Shown here: in pieces, positions 42,533 through 52,629 of the stretch
Numbering within the stretch: position 1 is the stretch's first letter
Layout of the letters: every line of letters starts with the position of its first letter
Assembly: GCA_041687695.1 (NCBI GenBank)
Contig: JAWLBL010000017.1
Location: 1 to 64,000, forward strand
Direction of reading: 5' to 3'
DNA: 64,000 bases
Origin: Myxococcota bacterium
GTDB taxonomy: Bacteria; Myxococcota_A; UBA9042; PHBI01; JAWLBL01
Notes under the pieces: generated by a model
Seen by the model: the letters and a program-made list of their open reading frames with translations, nothing else
Database searches by the model: none
Told to the model about the DNA's origin: nothing
Made by a program: the position numbers and the translations under genes

Positions 42533-44641
42533 TCAGGCGTCGTCGTCCTCGGGAGCGGCCAGCGGGAGGCGGAGCTCGACGGCCGTCCCGGTGCCCTGGG
42601 CGGGGGCGAGCGAGATGCGCCAGCCGTGCGCGTCCGCGATGCGCTTGACGATGGGCAGGCCCAGCCCGGCGCCGGGGACCACCCGGGCGGCGTGTCGCGA
42701 GTGGTAGAAGCGCTCGAACAGGTGGGGCCGCTCGCGCTCGGGGTGGCCGGGGCCGTCGTCGACCAGGCGCAGCAGCGCCGCGTCCGCTCGCTCCAGGGTG
42801 AGGGTGACCGCGAGGTGGCCGCCGCTGTGGATGAAGCGGAGCGAGTGGCCGGCGAGGTTGTGCATCAGCTGGGCGAGCAGGCCGGGATCGGCGTGGACCG
42901 GGACCGCGTCCTCGGGCGTCTCGACCGCCAGCGTGATGGCCAGCTCGCGGCACAGGGGGGCGAAGAACTGGTGCAGCTCGTGCACCGCGAGCCGGGCGTC
43001 GATGACCCGCGTGTGCGGCTTGGCGCGGCCGGCCTCGAGGCGGGTCATGGCGAGCATGTCCTCGATGAGCGTGCCCAGCCGCTGGGCCTCGCGGTCGATG
43101 ATGCGCAGGAAGTCGATGCGGTCGACCAGCGTCATCTCGGCGTCCTCGAGCATGGTCAGGGCGACGCCGCGCAGGGTGGCGATGGGCGTGCGCAGCTCGT
43201 GGCTGACGTTCGAGAAGAACTCGTCGCGCATCCGGTCGGCCTGCTTGAGCGGCGTGATGTCGCGGAGCGTGACGACCCAGCCCTCGGAGCCGCTGCCGGC
43301 GGCGCTCATCGGCGCGACCGAGAGCAGCGAGTCGCTGATGCGCGCGCCGGGGACGCGGATCTCCTCGACCACGCGGGTGACGCGGCCGGCGCGCAGGGCG
43401 TCGAGCTCGTCGCGTAGCCAGGCGCTCGCGGGGAGCAGGTCGAGCAGGTGGCGGCCCTCGAGGTCGCGTGGGCCGGCGCCGAAGAGGGCGCGCGCGGCGG
43501 GGTTGGTCAGGACGATGCGGCCGTCGCCGTCGGTGACCAGCAGCCCCTCGCCCATCGAGTCCAGGATGTGGGCGAGCCGGTGGCGTTCGTTGGCGAGTTC
43601 GAAGGCGTGCGCGTGGTAGCGCGCTTCGAGGCGACGTTGCGCGGTCACGTCGCGGAGGACGACCATCGTGCCCGTCTCGCCGGGCAGGTCGGGCGTGCGC
43701 ACGGGATAGGAGCTGACGACGAACACCCGGTGTCGCCACACGACCTCGCGGCGGCGGATCCCGCGGGTCGCCTCCCCTCGGGGGAAGCTCGTCTGGCGAG
43801 GGCAGGCCGTGCAGGGGACGCGCTCGCTGCCGCAGACCTCGTCGCAGCGCAGGCCCATGAGCGGGTGCCGCAGCCAATCGCGGACGGTCTCGTTGGCCCC
43901 GTGGATCACGCCGGAGGCGTCGATCAGGAGCGTGCCCTCGAGCGGCAGCTGATCGATGCGCGCCTGGAGGTCGGCGCCGAGCGCCTGCAGCTCGAAGACG
44001 TCGTCGGGTCGGCGCCGGCCGAGGATGTGGCGCAGGTACCAGGTCTGCGAGAGCTGCGACGACAGGTCGGCGGAGAGATCGCCGAGCAGGTTGTGGACGA
44101 GGACGATGACGTCTTCGCTGAGCACGTCGGGGAGGGACTCGCTGGACGGTCGCCCCGGGGCTTCGGGGCCGTGGCGGCTATCGGCGGATTCGTCAGGGCC
44201 GAGGCGGATGCCGCTCGGCACCCCGACGACGAGGCAGCCGAGGGCGCGAGGCCCGTCCTCGGGCTCGACCACCAGCGGCCAGGCCACGATGTTCCATTGG
44301 GCGTCGGGGCTGGGGCCGTCGCGGCGGGCGCCGCGCAGCATGGCCGCGTGACAGACCTCGGCGATGCGCTCGAGCGCGGCGTGTTGCTGCGCCACGTCGG
44401 CGTTGGCCGCGGCGAACCTGGGCTCGGGGCCGACGAGGCGCAGGGTGCCGGGGAGCCGCTCGTCGCCCCGGGCGACGACGTAGAGCCCCATCGGGAGGTG
44501 GGCCAGATCCCCGAGGTCCTGCAAGGTCGACAGGATGCGCTCGGGATCGATCAGCTGGTCCAGGGTCACGTCCGGCTGCGCTCGACCGGAGGGCTGGGGC
44601 GCGCCGGGTGGCGCGACATCGACGACGGGTTCCGTGGCCAT
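42533..44641 (-). CDS. Cytoplasmic PAS-domain sensor histidine kinase
   Basis: Two PAS domains, SHELRTP, DDGPG, LFERFY and GAGLGL; N-box atypical. Confidence 0.88.
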   Translation of the reverse strand: MATEPVVDVAPPGAPQPSGRAQPDVTLDQLIDPERILSTLQDLGDLAHLPMGLYVVARGDERLPGTLRLVGPEPRFAAANADVAQQHAALERIAEVCHAAMLRGARRDGPSPDAQWNIVAWPLVVEPEDGPRALGCLVVGVPSGIRLGPDESADSRHGPEAPGRPSSESLPDVLSEDVIVLVHNLLGDLSADLSSQLSQTWYLRHILGRRRPDDVFELQALGADLQARIDQLPLEGTLLIDASGVIHGANETVRDWLRHPLMGLRCDEVCGSERVPCTACPRQTSFPRGEATRGIRRREVVWRHRVFVVSSYPVRTPDLPGETGTMVVLRDVTAQRRLEARYHAHAFELANERHRLAHILDSMGEGLLVTDGDGRIVLTNPAARALFGAGPRDLEGRHLLDLLPASAWLRDELDALRAGRVTRVVEEIRVPGARISDSLLSVAPMSAAGSGSEGWVVTLRDITPLKQADRMRDEFFSNVSHELRTPIATLRGVALTMLEDAEMTLVDRIDFLRIIDREAQRLGTLIEDMLAMTRLEAGRAKPHTRVIDARLAVHELHQFFAPLCRELAITLAVETPEDAVPVHADPGLLAQLMHNLAGHSLRFIHSGGHLAVTLTLERADAALLRLVDDGPGHPERERPHLFERFYHSRHAARVVPGAGLGLPIVKRIADAHGWRISLAPAQGTGTAVELRLPLAAPEDDDA

Positions 44642-44713
44642 TTCGACTCTCCCGGCGGGTTGGGCTACAGTACACCGCCGAATCCTCTCACGCGACCTGT
44701 GCGGGAGCTCAGC

Positions 44714-46144
44714 TTGGCCAAGCGTCAGATCCTCATCATAGACGACGAGCCCGACCTCGGTCGGACCATCGAGTACAACCTCCGCAAGCAGGGCTACGAA
44801 GTCCAGACCGTCCACACGGCCGCCGCCGGCCGCGCCACGGTCGAGGCCGGCTTCGACGGCGTCATCCTGCTGGACCTGCGGCTGCCGGACCAGGATGGGC
44901 TCGAGCTGGTCGAGCCGCTGATGATCGCCAACCCCCACAACCGCATCATCATCATGACCGCGCACGGCTCGACCGACGCGGCGGTCGAGGCGACCAAGAA
45001 GGGCGCCTACGACTTCGTGAACAAGACCGGCGACCTGCTCAGCCGCATCATCGTCGCGGTCAAGAACGCGTTCCGCGACCGGGAAATGTCCTGGCGCGTG
45101 AGCGCGCTCGAGGAGGAGGTCTCGTCCCGGTACCAGTTCGGGATGATCGTCGCGCGCAGCCCGCAGATGCGCAACGTGTTCGACCGGCTGCAGAACGTCG
45201 TCGACTCGCGGGTGACGGTCCTGGTGACGGGCGAGAGCGGCACGGGCAAGGAGCTCGTGGCCAAGGCGATTCACTTCAACGGCCCGCGAAAGGCGGGGGC
45301 CTTCGTGGCCCTCAACTGCGCCGGCATCCCGGACACGCTGCTCGAGACCGAGCTGTTCGGCCACGAGCGCGGCGCCTTCACGGGGGCCGTCACCGCCAAG
45401 AAGGGCAAGTTCGAGGTGGCCGACGGCGGCACGATCTTCCTCGACGAGATCGGCGAGATGCCGCTGCAGCTGCAGGCCAAGATCCTGCGCGTCATCCAGG
45501 AGCGCACCATCGAGCGGGTCGGCGGCACCGAGCCGCGCCACGTCGACGTCCGCATCATCAGCGCCACCCACCGCAACCTGTTGCAGATGGTCGAGGAGGG
45601 GCGCTTCCGCGAGGACCTGTACTACCGGCTCGCGGTGTTCCCGGTGCACCTGCCTTCGCTGCGCGAGCGAGAGGGCGACGTGCCGTTGCTGGCGAACTAC
45701 TTCCTGCGCAAGTACGCGCAGGAAGAGGGCAAGAACCTGGCGGGGATCTCGCCGGCGGCGATGCGCATCCTCGAGGTCTACGCGTTCCCCGGCAACGTGC
45801 GCGAGCTCGAGAACATCATCAGCCACGCGGTCCTGGTCGCCTCCGGCGCCGAGCTGCGTCCGGACGACCTGCCCGCGTCGGTGGTCGACGCGACGCGGCA
45901 CTATCGATTGACCGAAGGGCCCGAGGCCGGCCTGCGGGACCTGACGCTCGAGCGCGCCTTCGAGCTGCTGTTCCAGGCGCCCGAGGAGCTGCCGACCATG
46001 GAGACCCTCGAGCACGAGCTACTGCGGCGAGCCTTGCGGCTGTGCGACGGCAACATCGTCCAGGCGGCCAAGCTGCTGGGACTGTCGCGCGCCACCATCT
46101 ACCGGCGGCTGGACCGGTTCGGGGGCAAGGACGAGCTGCTCTAG
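44714..46144 (+). CDS. NtrC-family sigma-54-dependent response regulator
   Basis: REC, GESGTGKE, GAFTGA, FLDEIGEM, FREDLYYRL, FPGNVREL and Fis HTH; TTG start. Confidence 0.95.
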   Translation: MAKRQILIIDDEPDLGRTIEYNLRKQGYEVQTVHTAAAGRATVEAGFDGVILLDLRLPDQDGLELVEPLMIANPHNRIIIMTAHGSTDAAVEATKKGAYDFVNKTGDLLSRIIVAVKNAFRDREMSWRVSALEEEVSSRYQFGMIVARSPQMRNVFDRLQNVVDSRVTVLVTGESGTGKELVAKAIHFNGPRKAGAFVALNCAGIPDTLLETELFGHERGAFTGAVTAKKGKFEVADGGTIFLDEIGEMPLQLQAKILRVIQERTIERVGGTEPRHVDVRIISATHRNLLQMVEEGRFREDLYYRLAVFPVHLPSLREREGDVPLLANYFLRKYAQEEGKNLAGISPAAMRILEVYAFPGNVRELENIISHAVLVASGAELRPDDLPASVVDATRHYRLTEGPEAGLRDLTLERAFELLFQAPEELPTMETLEHELLRRALRLCDGNIVQAAKLLGLSRATIYRRLDRFGGKDELL

Positions 46145-46169
46145 CCGGCGCGGCCGGGGCGCGCGACGG

Positions 46170-47006
46170 TCAGTCCGCCAGCAGCGCGTCGAGGGCCGCG
46201 GCGCGGGCGGGATCGAGCGCGGGCCGGGACAGGGCCAGGGCCGTCGTCGCCAGGGCGCGATACGTGGCGGCGAGGTGGGGGTCCAGCGCGTCGAGGCGCG
46301 TCAGGTGACCGGCGACGGTCTCGACGTCGCCGCGCGCGATGGGGCCGGTGACGACCGCCTCCGGCAGGCCGGCGGCCAGGTTGACCAGGGCGCCACGGGC
46401 GAGCGGGAGCAGGGCGTCGCGGGCCTCGGGGCGGGTGAGGCCGCAAGCCTCGAGCATGGTGACGGCCTGCGCGAACAGGGCCGTGGCGTGGCCGGCGACC
46501 GAGACGGCGGCCGCGTGGTAGAGCGGCTTGGTGCCCGGGGCGAGGCGGCGCGGGACCATGCCCAGGCGCTGGGCGATGTGTTCGGCCATGGCCAGCGCGC
46601 GCGGGTCGCCGTCGAGGCCGGCCGTGGCGCCGGCGAGGTGGTCGGGCGGGACGAGCGGGCCCGGCAGGGCTTGCAGGGGGTGGAGTGCGCCAGCGGCGCC
46701 GGGCACGCGGGCGTCGACGCGGACCACGTCGCCGGGGCGGGAGCCCGAGGCGTGCAGCCAGACCTCGCGCGAGGCGCTGGGCCGAGCGGCCATGCGGGTC
46801 GCGGCGGCCTCGATGGCGGCGTCGGCCACGACGAACCAGACGACGTCGACCTCGGGCAGGTCGAGCGGGTCGAGCGCGTCGCCGCGGCTCCAGTGCCAGG
46901 ACGGCGTCAGTCCGGCGCGCTCGAGCAGGACGGCCAGGCTCTGTCCGGCACGTCCGCGCCCGACGAGGCCGACGCGCGGCCATCCGGGGTCAGCGGTACA
47001 GGCCAT
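46170..47006 (-). CDS. Rossmann-like + DUF2520 oxidoreductase (PanG-like)
   Basis: GRGRAG, HASGS, HPLQ, YHAAAV and TGPIARGD. Confidence 0.85.
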   Translation of the reverse strand: MACTADPGWPRVGLVGRGRAGQSLAVLLERAGLTPSWHWSRGDALDPLDLPEVDVVWFVVADAAIEAAATRMAARPSASREVWLHASGSRPGDVVRVDARVPGAAGALHPLQALPGPLVPPDHLAGATAGLDGDPRALAMAEHIAQRLGMVPRRLAPGTKPLYHAAAVSVAGHATALFAQAVTMLEACGLTRPEARDALLPLARGALVNLAAGLPEAVVTGPIARGDVETVAGHLTRLDALDPHLAATYRALATTALALSRPALDPARAAALDALLAD

Positions 47007-47562
47007 GGGCTTCGATGAGGTCCAGTGCGCCCGGCGGGACCAGGTGTCCGACGGGCTGCCCGCTGGCGATGCGCGCGCGGATGTCCGTCGAGGAGACCGG
47101 AGGCAGGCGCGCCGCGATGGTGGCTCCCGGCGGGTCAGGCTCGCCGTCGCGGCCGAGGATGATGAAGCGCATCAGGCGTTGGAGGTCGTCCCAGCGCTTC
47201 CAGCGGTGGCGATCCCGGAACAGGTCCGTGCCGCCGACGAAGGCGAGCTCGGCGCCGGGGTGCTCGGCCAACAGGGCCTCGACGGTGTCGATGGTGTAGC
47301 TGGTCCCGCCGCGGCGCTGCTCGACGCGATCGACCCGGATCCGGGGGCCGAGGTGAGCCATGGCGGCCTCTATCATCGCGCAGCGCAGCTCGAACGGGGC
47401 CATGCGCTTGCCGAAGGCGTGCTGGAAGACCGGCACGACGCGCAACTCGTCGACGTCCTCGCGGCAGAGCACCCAGGTGGCGGCGAGCACGTGACAGATG
47501 TGCGGCGGGTCGAAGCTGCCGCCGTACAGCGCGATGCGCGGCGGGCGCGCCTCAGGGCGCAT
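46990..47562 (-). CDS. nadD: Nicotinate-nucleotide adenylyltransferase
   Basis: YGGSFDPPHICH, SYTIDT and VSSTDIR. Confidence 0.92.
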   Translation of the reverse strand: MRPEARPPRIALYGGSFDPPHICHVLAATWVLCREDVDELRVVPVFQHAFGKRMAPFELRCAMIEAAMAHLGPRIRVDRVEQRRGGTSYTIDTVEALLAEHPGAELAFVGGTDLFRDRHRWKRWDDLQRLMRFIILGRDGEPDPPGATIAARLPPVSSTDIRARIASGQPVGHLVPPGALDLIEAHGLYR

Positions 47563-48679
47563 CCGGCTTCCAGGCCGCCGCCTCGGCGGAGGCCTGCTCG
47601 AGCACCTTGTCGACGTCCTGGCCCTTGTCGAGCGCCTTGCGGAGCGACTCGGAGCCCCACAGGAGGTCGATGGCGGGCACCCCCGGCGGTCCGCCCCAGG
47701 TCGCCGCGTCGGCGTCTCGCCAGGCGAAGGCGGCGGGGGCGACGCTCTTGACGGCGTGCAGGACGAACAGGCCGGTCGCCACTGCGTTTGCGACCGTGCG
47801 GTCGTAGATGCGCACGAACACGCCGGTGCAGCGCTCGCCGGCGTGCGGCCCGGCGGTCGGCCGGAAGACCTGGGGGACGAAGTCGACCCCAGGGTTGTCG
47901 CGCTTGCGAAGGGCGTCGACCAGGGCGACGGGGTCGAGCCCCGGCGCGCCGACGAGCAGGTAGGGCGTGGTCGTGCCGAGGCCCACGGACAGGGTCGTGG
48001 CCTCGAGCAGCCCGATGCCCGCGTAGGCGACGGCGGCCTCGAGCGAAGGGAGCCGTGGGACCGGCGGGACGTAGGCGATGCGTCCGTGGCGATCGCAGGC
48101 GACCACGCGCAGGTCGGCTCGGGTCGCGGCATCATGGCCGGAGGCCAGCCACTGCGCGAGCTGTCCGCCGGTCAGCCCGTGACGCAGGGGAAGGCCCGGC
48201 GCGACGCCGCGAGCGCTCTCGAAGCCGGAGCGGAGGACGGGGCCCTCGCGCTTGAGGCCGATGGGGTTCGGGCGGTCGAGGACCCACACGGGCACCTGCT
48301 TGGCGGCGGCCTGCGTCAGCAGCGCGTCCAGGCAGCGCGAGGTCGCGGCCGTGCGCGTCCCCGGGTCGCGCAGGTCACAGACGACCGCGTCGACGTCCGC
48401 GAACGCCGGGTCGGCCCAGCCGCCCTGACCCCGCGCCTCGAAGCGCGCCACGGGCAGCCCGAACACCGGATCGACGGCCTCGTCGTCGGCGCCGGCGGCC
48501 CAAAGGCCATGTGGCGGCGCCAACAGCCGAAGCACGCGCACTCCCGGGATGCCACGAAGGACCTGGGCGGCGTGCCGTCCCCACATGTCGACGGCGGTCG
48601 CGTCGGCCAGCAGCGCCACACGCCGCCCCGCCAGCCCCTCGTCGAACCCCGATGCCAGCTTGTCGAGTCCGGTCTGCAT
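47552..48679 (-). CDS. DUF1343/NamZ-like protein with degenerate motifs
   Basis: QTGLD, VLDRPNPIG, PLRHGLT, SVGLGTTTP and IDLLWGS. Confidence 0.8.
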   Translation of the reverse strand: MQTGLDKLASGFDEGLAGRRVALLADATAVDMWGRHAAQVLRGIPGVRVLRLLAPPHGLWAAGADDEAVDPVFGLPVARFEARGQGGWADPAFADVDAVVCDLRDPGTRTAATSRCLDALLTQAAAKQVPVWVLDRPNPIGLKREGPVLRSGFESARGVAPGLPLRHGLTGGQLAQWLASGHDAATRADLRVVACDRHGRIAYVPPVPRLPSLEAAVAYAGIGLLEATTLSVGLGTTTPYLLVGAPGLDPVALVDALRKRDNPGVDFVPQVFRPTAGPHAGERCTGVFVRIYDRTVANAVATGLFVLHAVKSVAPAAFAWRDADAATWGGPPGVPAIDLLWGSESLRKALDKGQDVDKVLEQASAEAAAWKPDAP

Positions 48680-48685
48680 GCGCCC

Positions 48686-49483
48686 CTACTGGTTCCGATG
48701 CCACTCCCGCCACAGCGGGTAGTCCTCGCCGAAGTTCTTGCCGGTCTGGTGCGTCAGCGCCCCGGCCACCGATCGCCGCATCAGCGTGTCCTCGGTGTTC
48801 AGCGCCTCGATGAGCGGCTTGACGGCCGGCGCGTACTTCACCCACTTGAGGCCGTCGGCCGCTACGCGTCGGATCTCGTCGTCCACGTCGTGGAGCGCCT
48901 TGACGAGCGCCGGTCCGCACTCGGGCCGCCCCGACAGCCCCAGGCCCAGGACGGCCTCGCGCCGGACGTTCTTGTCCCGGTCCAGCGCCGCGTGGGCCAG
49001 CGCCTTGAGGATCCTGGCGTCTCCGCCGTGTGGCCAGTTGCCCAGCACGCGAATCACCGCCGCTCGGACGCTGGCGTCGGGGTCCTCGACCAGCTTGAGC
49101 AGCGCCCGCTGCACCTGCTTGTCGCGTCGCTCGGCCAGCAGGCTCACCGCCAGCGAGCGGATGAGCGGCGGCATCTTCCGATCGGCGAGCAGGTTCACCA
49201 ACAGCTGCGTGCTGGCGGCGGACTCGTCGGCCCCGAGGACGGTCATCGACAGGATCTGGCCCGGCTGTCCCATCCTCGGCAGCGCCTGGTAGGTCGGCCG
49301 CAGCCCCGCGGGTCCGGCGTTGGTCAGCGTCGCCGCCGCGTACACGCACACCGGCGCGCCCATGTCCTTGCATGCGACCAGGCGCTCGACCGCCTCGGCG
49401 AGATCCTCGCGCGGAGGGAGCCCGAGCAGCAGCGAGACGATGAGAGCGCCCATGGAGGTCATGGGCGACATCGTAGACGACAT
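48686..49483 (-). CDS. HEAT-repeat protein (start uncertain)
   Basis: Repeated L.D.D..VR..A...LG and C-terminal LT..TGKNFGED...W..W. Confidence 0.8.
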   Translation of the reverse strand: MSSTMSPMTSMGALIVSLLLGLPPREDLAEAVERLVACKDMGAPVCVYAAATLTNAGPAGLRPTYQALPRMGQPGQILSMTVLGADESAASTQLLVNLLADRKMPPLIRSLAVSLLAERRDKQVQRALLKLVEDPDASVRAAVIRVLGNWPHGGDARILKALAHAALDRDKNVRREAVLGLGLSGRPECGPALVKALHDVDDEIRRVAADGLKWVKYAPAVKPLIEALNTEDTLMRRSVAGALTHQTGKNFGEDYPLWREWHRNQ

Positions 49484-49503
49484 CGCTCGGCGCGGCCAGC
49501 GCG

Positions 49504-50166
49504 CTATCCGGTGACGGCGGCCTCGACGGCGCGGACGAAGGCGCTCATCAGGGCCGTGCTCTTGACCCCGGGGCGCGTCTCGATGCCGCTGGCGACGTCG
49601 ACCCCGAAGGGCGCGAGCTGGCGCACCACGGCGCCCACGTTCTCGGGCGTCAAGCCGCCTGCCAGAAAGCCCCTCGGGTGCGCCAACGCGAGGCGCGCCA
49701 GCTCGGTCCGCAGCATGCGGCCCGTGCCTCCCGGCGAGGTCGGGCTGAACGCGTCGACCAGGTAGCCGACCGACGGCTCGCCCAGGTAGCGGGGGATGCC
49801 GTCGACGTCCTGCGCGCCGCGCAACCGAAACGCCTTGATGAAGCGGTGGCCGTGGCGGGCGCACTGCTCGGGCGTCTCGTCGCCGTGGAATTGCAGGATG
49901 TCGGGCTTGACGTGTTCGAGGACGCCCTGGACCAGGTCTTCGTGGGCATCGACGAAGACGGCGACGACCCGCGCGCGGGCGGCGGGGCGGCGCGGGTGGG
50001 CGAGGCGGCGCACGGCGGCGGCGATGGTGACGGCCTGGCCGAAGCTGACGGCGCGCGGCGAGCCGGGCCAGAAGTTCAGGCCGACGAGGTCCGCGCCGGC
50101 CGCGACCGCGTCGCGCGCGTCCTCGGCGCTGGTGATGCCGCACATCTTGATGAGTGGGCGCTTCAC
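49504..50166 (-). CDS. trpF: Phosphoribosylanthranilate isomerase
   Basis: KMCGIT, QFHGDE, LAGGLTPENV and DVASGIE. Confidence 0.95.
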   Translation of the reverse strand: MKRPLIKMCGITSAEDARDAVAAGADLVGLNFWPGSPRAVSFGQAVTIAAAVRRLAHPRRPAARARVVAVFVDAHEDLVQGVLEHVKPDILQFHGDETPEQCARHGHRFIKAFRLRGAQDVDGIPRYLGEPSVGYLVDAFSPTSPGGTGRMLRTELARLALAHPRGFLAGGLTPENVGAVVRQLAPFGVDVASGIETRPGVKSTALMSAFVRAVEAAVTG

Positions 50167-50978
50167 CGCACGGGCTCCGGGGTGTCCGCCGCGAGCAGCG
50201 CGCCCAGGGCCGCGCCTGGATCGCCAGCCGCCATCAGGCTCGAGCCGACCAGGAACACGTCGTAGCCGGCCGCACGCAGCCGGCGCACGTCGGCGGCGGT
50301 GGCGACCCCGCTCTCGGTGACGGCCACCGCGTGCGGCGGGATGAGCGGGCGCAACCGCTCGCTGGTGGCGAGGTCGATGTGGAAGCTGCGCAGATCGCGG
50401 TTGTTGACGCCGATGAGGCGGGCGCCGATGTCGACCGCGCGACGGACCTCGTCCTCGTCGTGGGCCTCGACCAGCATCGTCAGCCCGGCCCGCTGCCCGG
50501 CCTCGTGCAGGCGGGCGAGGGTGGTGTCGTCGAGGGCCGCGACGATGAGCAGCGCCATGGCCGCGCCGGCCGCGCGGGCTTCGAGCAGCTGGACCTCGTC
50601 GACGACGAAGTCCTTCCGAAGGCAGGGCAGGGGGACGGCGCCGGCGACCTCGACCAGGTCCTCGAGGCTGCCGCCGAAGTACTCGGGCTCGGTCAGCACG
50701 CTGATGGCCGCTGCTCCGTGCGTGGCGTAGGCGCGCGCCACCGCGACGGGGTCGGCGTCGGTCCGGATGGCGCCCGCGCTGGGGCTGCGGCGCTTGACCT
50801 CGGCGATGACGCGAACGCCGGGGGCGCGCAGGGAGGCGAGGGCGTCGGGCGGCGGGGGCGCGTCGGCGGCGGCCCGCTCGAGGGCGCCGCGGTCGAAGGG
50901 GAAGGCCGCCAGGCGGCGGCGGGTGCGCGCGACGATGCGGTCCAGGATGGTCTCGGCGGCCGAGCCGGCGGAGGTCAT
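50163..50978 (-). CDS. trpC: Indole-3-glycerol phosphate synthase
   Basis: IAEVKRRSPS, SVLTE, LRKDF, GVNNRDL and TESG. Confidence 0.95.
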   Translation of the reverse strand: MTSAGSAAETILDRIVARTRRRLAAFPFDRGALERAAADAPPPPDALASLRAPGVRVIAEVKRRSPSAGAIRTDADPVAVARAYATHGAAAISVLTEPEYFGGSLEDLVEVAGAVPLPCLRKDFVVDEVQLLEARAAGAAMALLIVAALDDTTLARLHEAGQRAGLTMLVEAHDEDEVRRAVDIGARLIGVNNRDLRSFHIDLATSERLRPLIPPHAVAVTESGVATAADVRRLRAAGYDVFLVGSSLMAAGDPGAALGALLAADTPEPVR

Positions 50979-52012
50979 GGCGCGAGCTCCTGCGAGAGGG
51001 TGGCGAGCGCGAGCAGGCGCTGCGCGGCGGCCCCGCTGGCGAGCACGTCGGTGGCCAGCGCCACGCCGCTGGCGAGATCGGCGGCGACCTCGGCGGCGAA
51101 GAGGGCGGCGCCCGCGTTCAGGCGGACGATGTCGGCGCAGGGGCCGCGGCCGCCCTCGAGCACGCCTCTGACGATGCGAGCGTTGTCCTGGACGTCTCCG
51201 CCAGCGACGGCGCGGATGGGGGCGCGGGCGATGCCGAACGTCTCGGGCGCGACGGTGAGCTCTCGGACCTCTCCGCCGTCGAGCACAGCGACGTGGCTGG
51301 GCCCAGTCAGCGTCAGCTCGTCCAGGCCGTCGCTGCCGTGGACGACCATGGCCCGGCGCGTGCCGAGCCGTCCGAGGACGGACGCGACCGTTGCCAGGCG
51401 TCGGTGATCGAAGACGCCTACCAGCTGGTGCGTGGCGCGCGCCGGGTTGGTCATCGGCCCCAGGAGGTTCAGCAGCGTGCGGAAGCCTAGGGCGCGGCGG
51501 GCCTCGGCGGCGTGGCGCAGCGCGCTGTGGTGCATGGGCGCGAACATGAAGCCGATGCCGACCTCGTCGATGCAGCGCGTCACGGCCTCGGGGCCCAGAT
51601 CCACGCGCACGCCCAGCGCCTCGAGGACGTCGGCCGAGCCCACGCGCGACGAGATGGCGCGGTTGCCGTGCTTGGCGACGGTGACCCCGGCGGCGGCGCA
51701 GACGAAGGCGACCGCGGTCGAGACGTTGAAGGTCCCGGCCCCGTCGCCGCCCGTGCCGCAGGTGTCCAAGAGCCGCTCGGCACGCGGCTGGATGGGGACG
51801 ACGCGGGAACGCATCGCGCGGACGGCGCCCGCGATCTCGTCGACCGTCTCGCCCTTCATGCGCAGCGCGGTCAGCAGCCCGGCGATCTGCCCCTCGGACG
51901 CCTGTCCGTCCATCACCGCGCCCAGGGCGTCGGCCATCTCGTCCTCGGACAGCGAGCCGCCCTCGACGACGCGGGCCAGCGCGGTCCGAATCGCCTCGTC
52001 AGGTCGCGTCAT
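50975..52012 (-). CDS. trpD: Anthranilate phosphoribosyltransferase
   Basis: [24 protein letters not shown] and GLDE. Confidence 0.96.
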   Translation of the reverse strand: MTRPDEAIRTALARVVEGGSLSEDEMADALGAVMDGQASEGQIAGLLTALRMKGETVDEIAGAVRAMRSRVVPIQPRAERLLDTCGTGGDGAGTFNVSTAVAFVCAAAGVTVAKHGNRAISSRVGSADVLEALGVRVDLGPEAVTRCIDEVGIGFMFAPMHHSALRHAAEARRALGFRTLLNLLGPMTNPARATHQLVGVFDHRRLATVASVLGRLGTRRAMVVHGSDGLDELTLTGPSHVAVLDGGEVRELTVAPETFGIARAPIRAVAGGDVQDNARIVRGVLEGGRGPCADIVRLNAGAALFAAEVAADLASGVALATDVLASGAAAQRLLALATLSQELAP

Positions 52013-52629
52013 CGTGCGCCCTCCGACGTCTCGGGGCCGCGCACGAGGCCCAGGAAGTTGCCGAGCAGCGGCTTGCCCGCCTCGGTCAGGATGGACTCGG
52101 GGTGGAACTGCACGCCCCAGGTCGGGTGCTCGCGGTGCGCGACGCCCATGATGGTCCTGCCGGCAGGGTCTTCGGTCCAGGCCGTCACCTCGAGGCAGGC
52201 CGGCAGCGTCGCCGAGGCGATGGCCAGGCTGTGGTACCGCGTGGCCGCGAAAGGATCGGGGAGGCCCCGGAACACGTCGCTGTCTCGGTGGAACACCGGC
52301 GAGGTCTTGCCGTGCATGATGACGCCTGCGCGGACGATGTCGCCGCCGAAGGCCGCGCCGATGGACTGATGGCCCAGGCAGACGCCAAGGATGGGGCGGA
52401 TCCCGGAGCCGCGCCGGATGAGCTCGACCGAGATCCCCGCCTCGTTGGGGCTGCAGGGGCCGGGCGAGACGACGTACGCGTCGACCTCGCGCTCGAGGGC
52501 CTCGTCGACGGTCAGGCTGTCGTTGCGGACGACCTCGACCTCGGCCCCCAGCTCACCCAGGTACTGCACCAGGTTCCAGGTGAAGCTGTCGTAGTTGTCG
52601 ACCATCAGCAGACGTACCGCGCCGCTCAT
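52009..52629 (-). CDS. trpG: Anthranilate synthase component II (GATase)
   Basis: DNYDSFT, SPGPC, GVCLGHQ and QFHPES. Confidence 0.93.
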   Translation of the reverse strand: MSGAVRLLMVDNYDSFTWNLVQYLGELGAEVEVVRNDSLTVDEALEREVDAYVVSPGPCSPNEAGISVELIRRGSGIRPILGVCLGHQSIGAAFGGDIVRAGVIMHGKTSPVFHRDSDVFRGLPDPFAATRYHSLAIASATLPACLEVTAWTEDPAGRTIMGVAHREHPTWGVQFHPESILTEAGKPLLGNFLGLVRGPETSEGAR

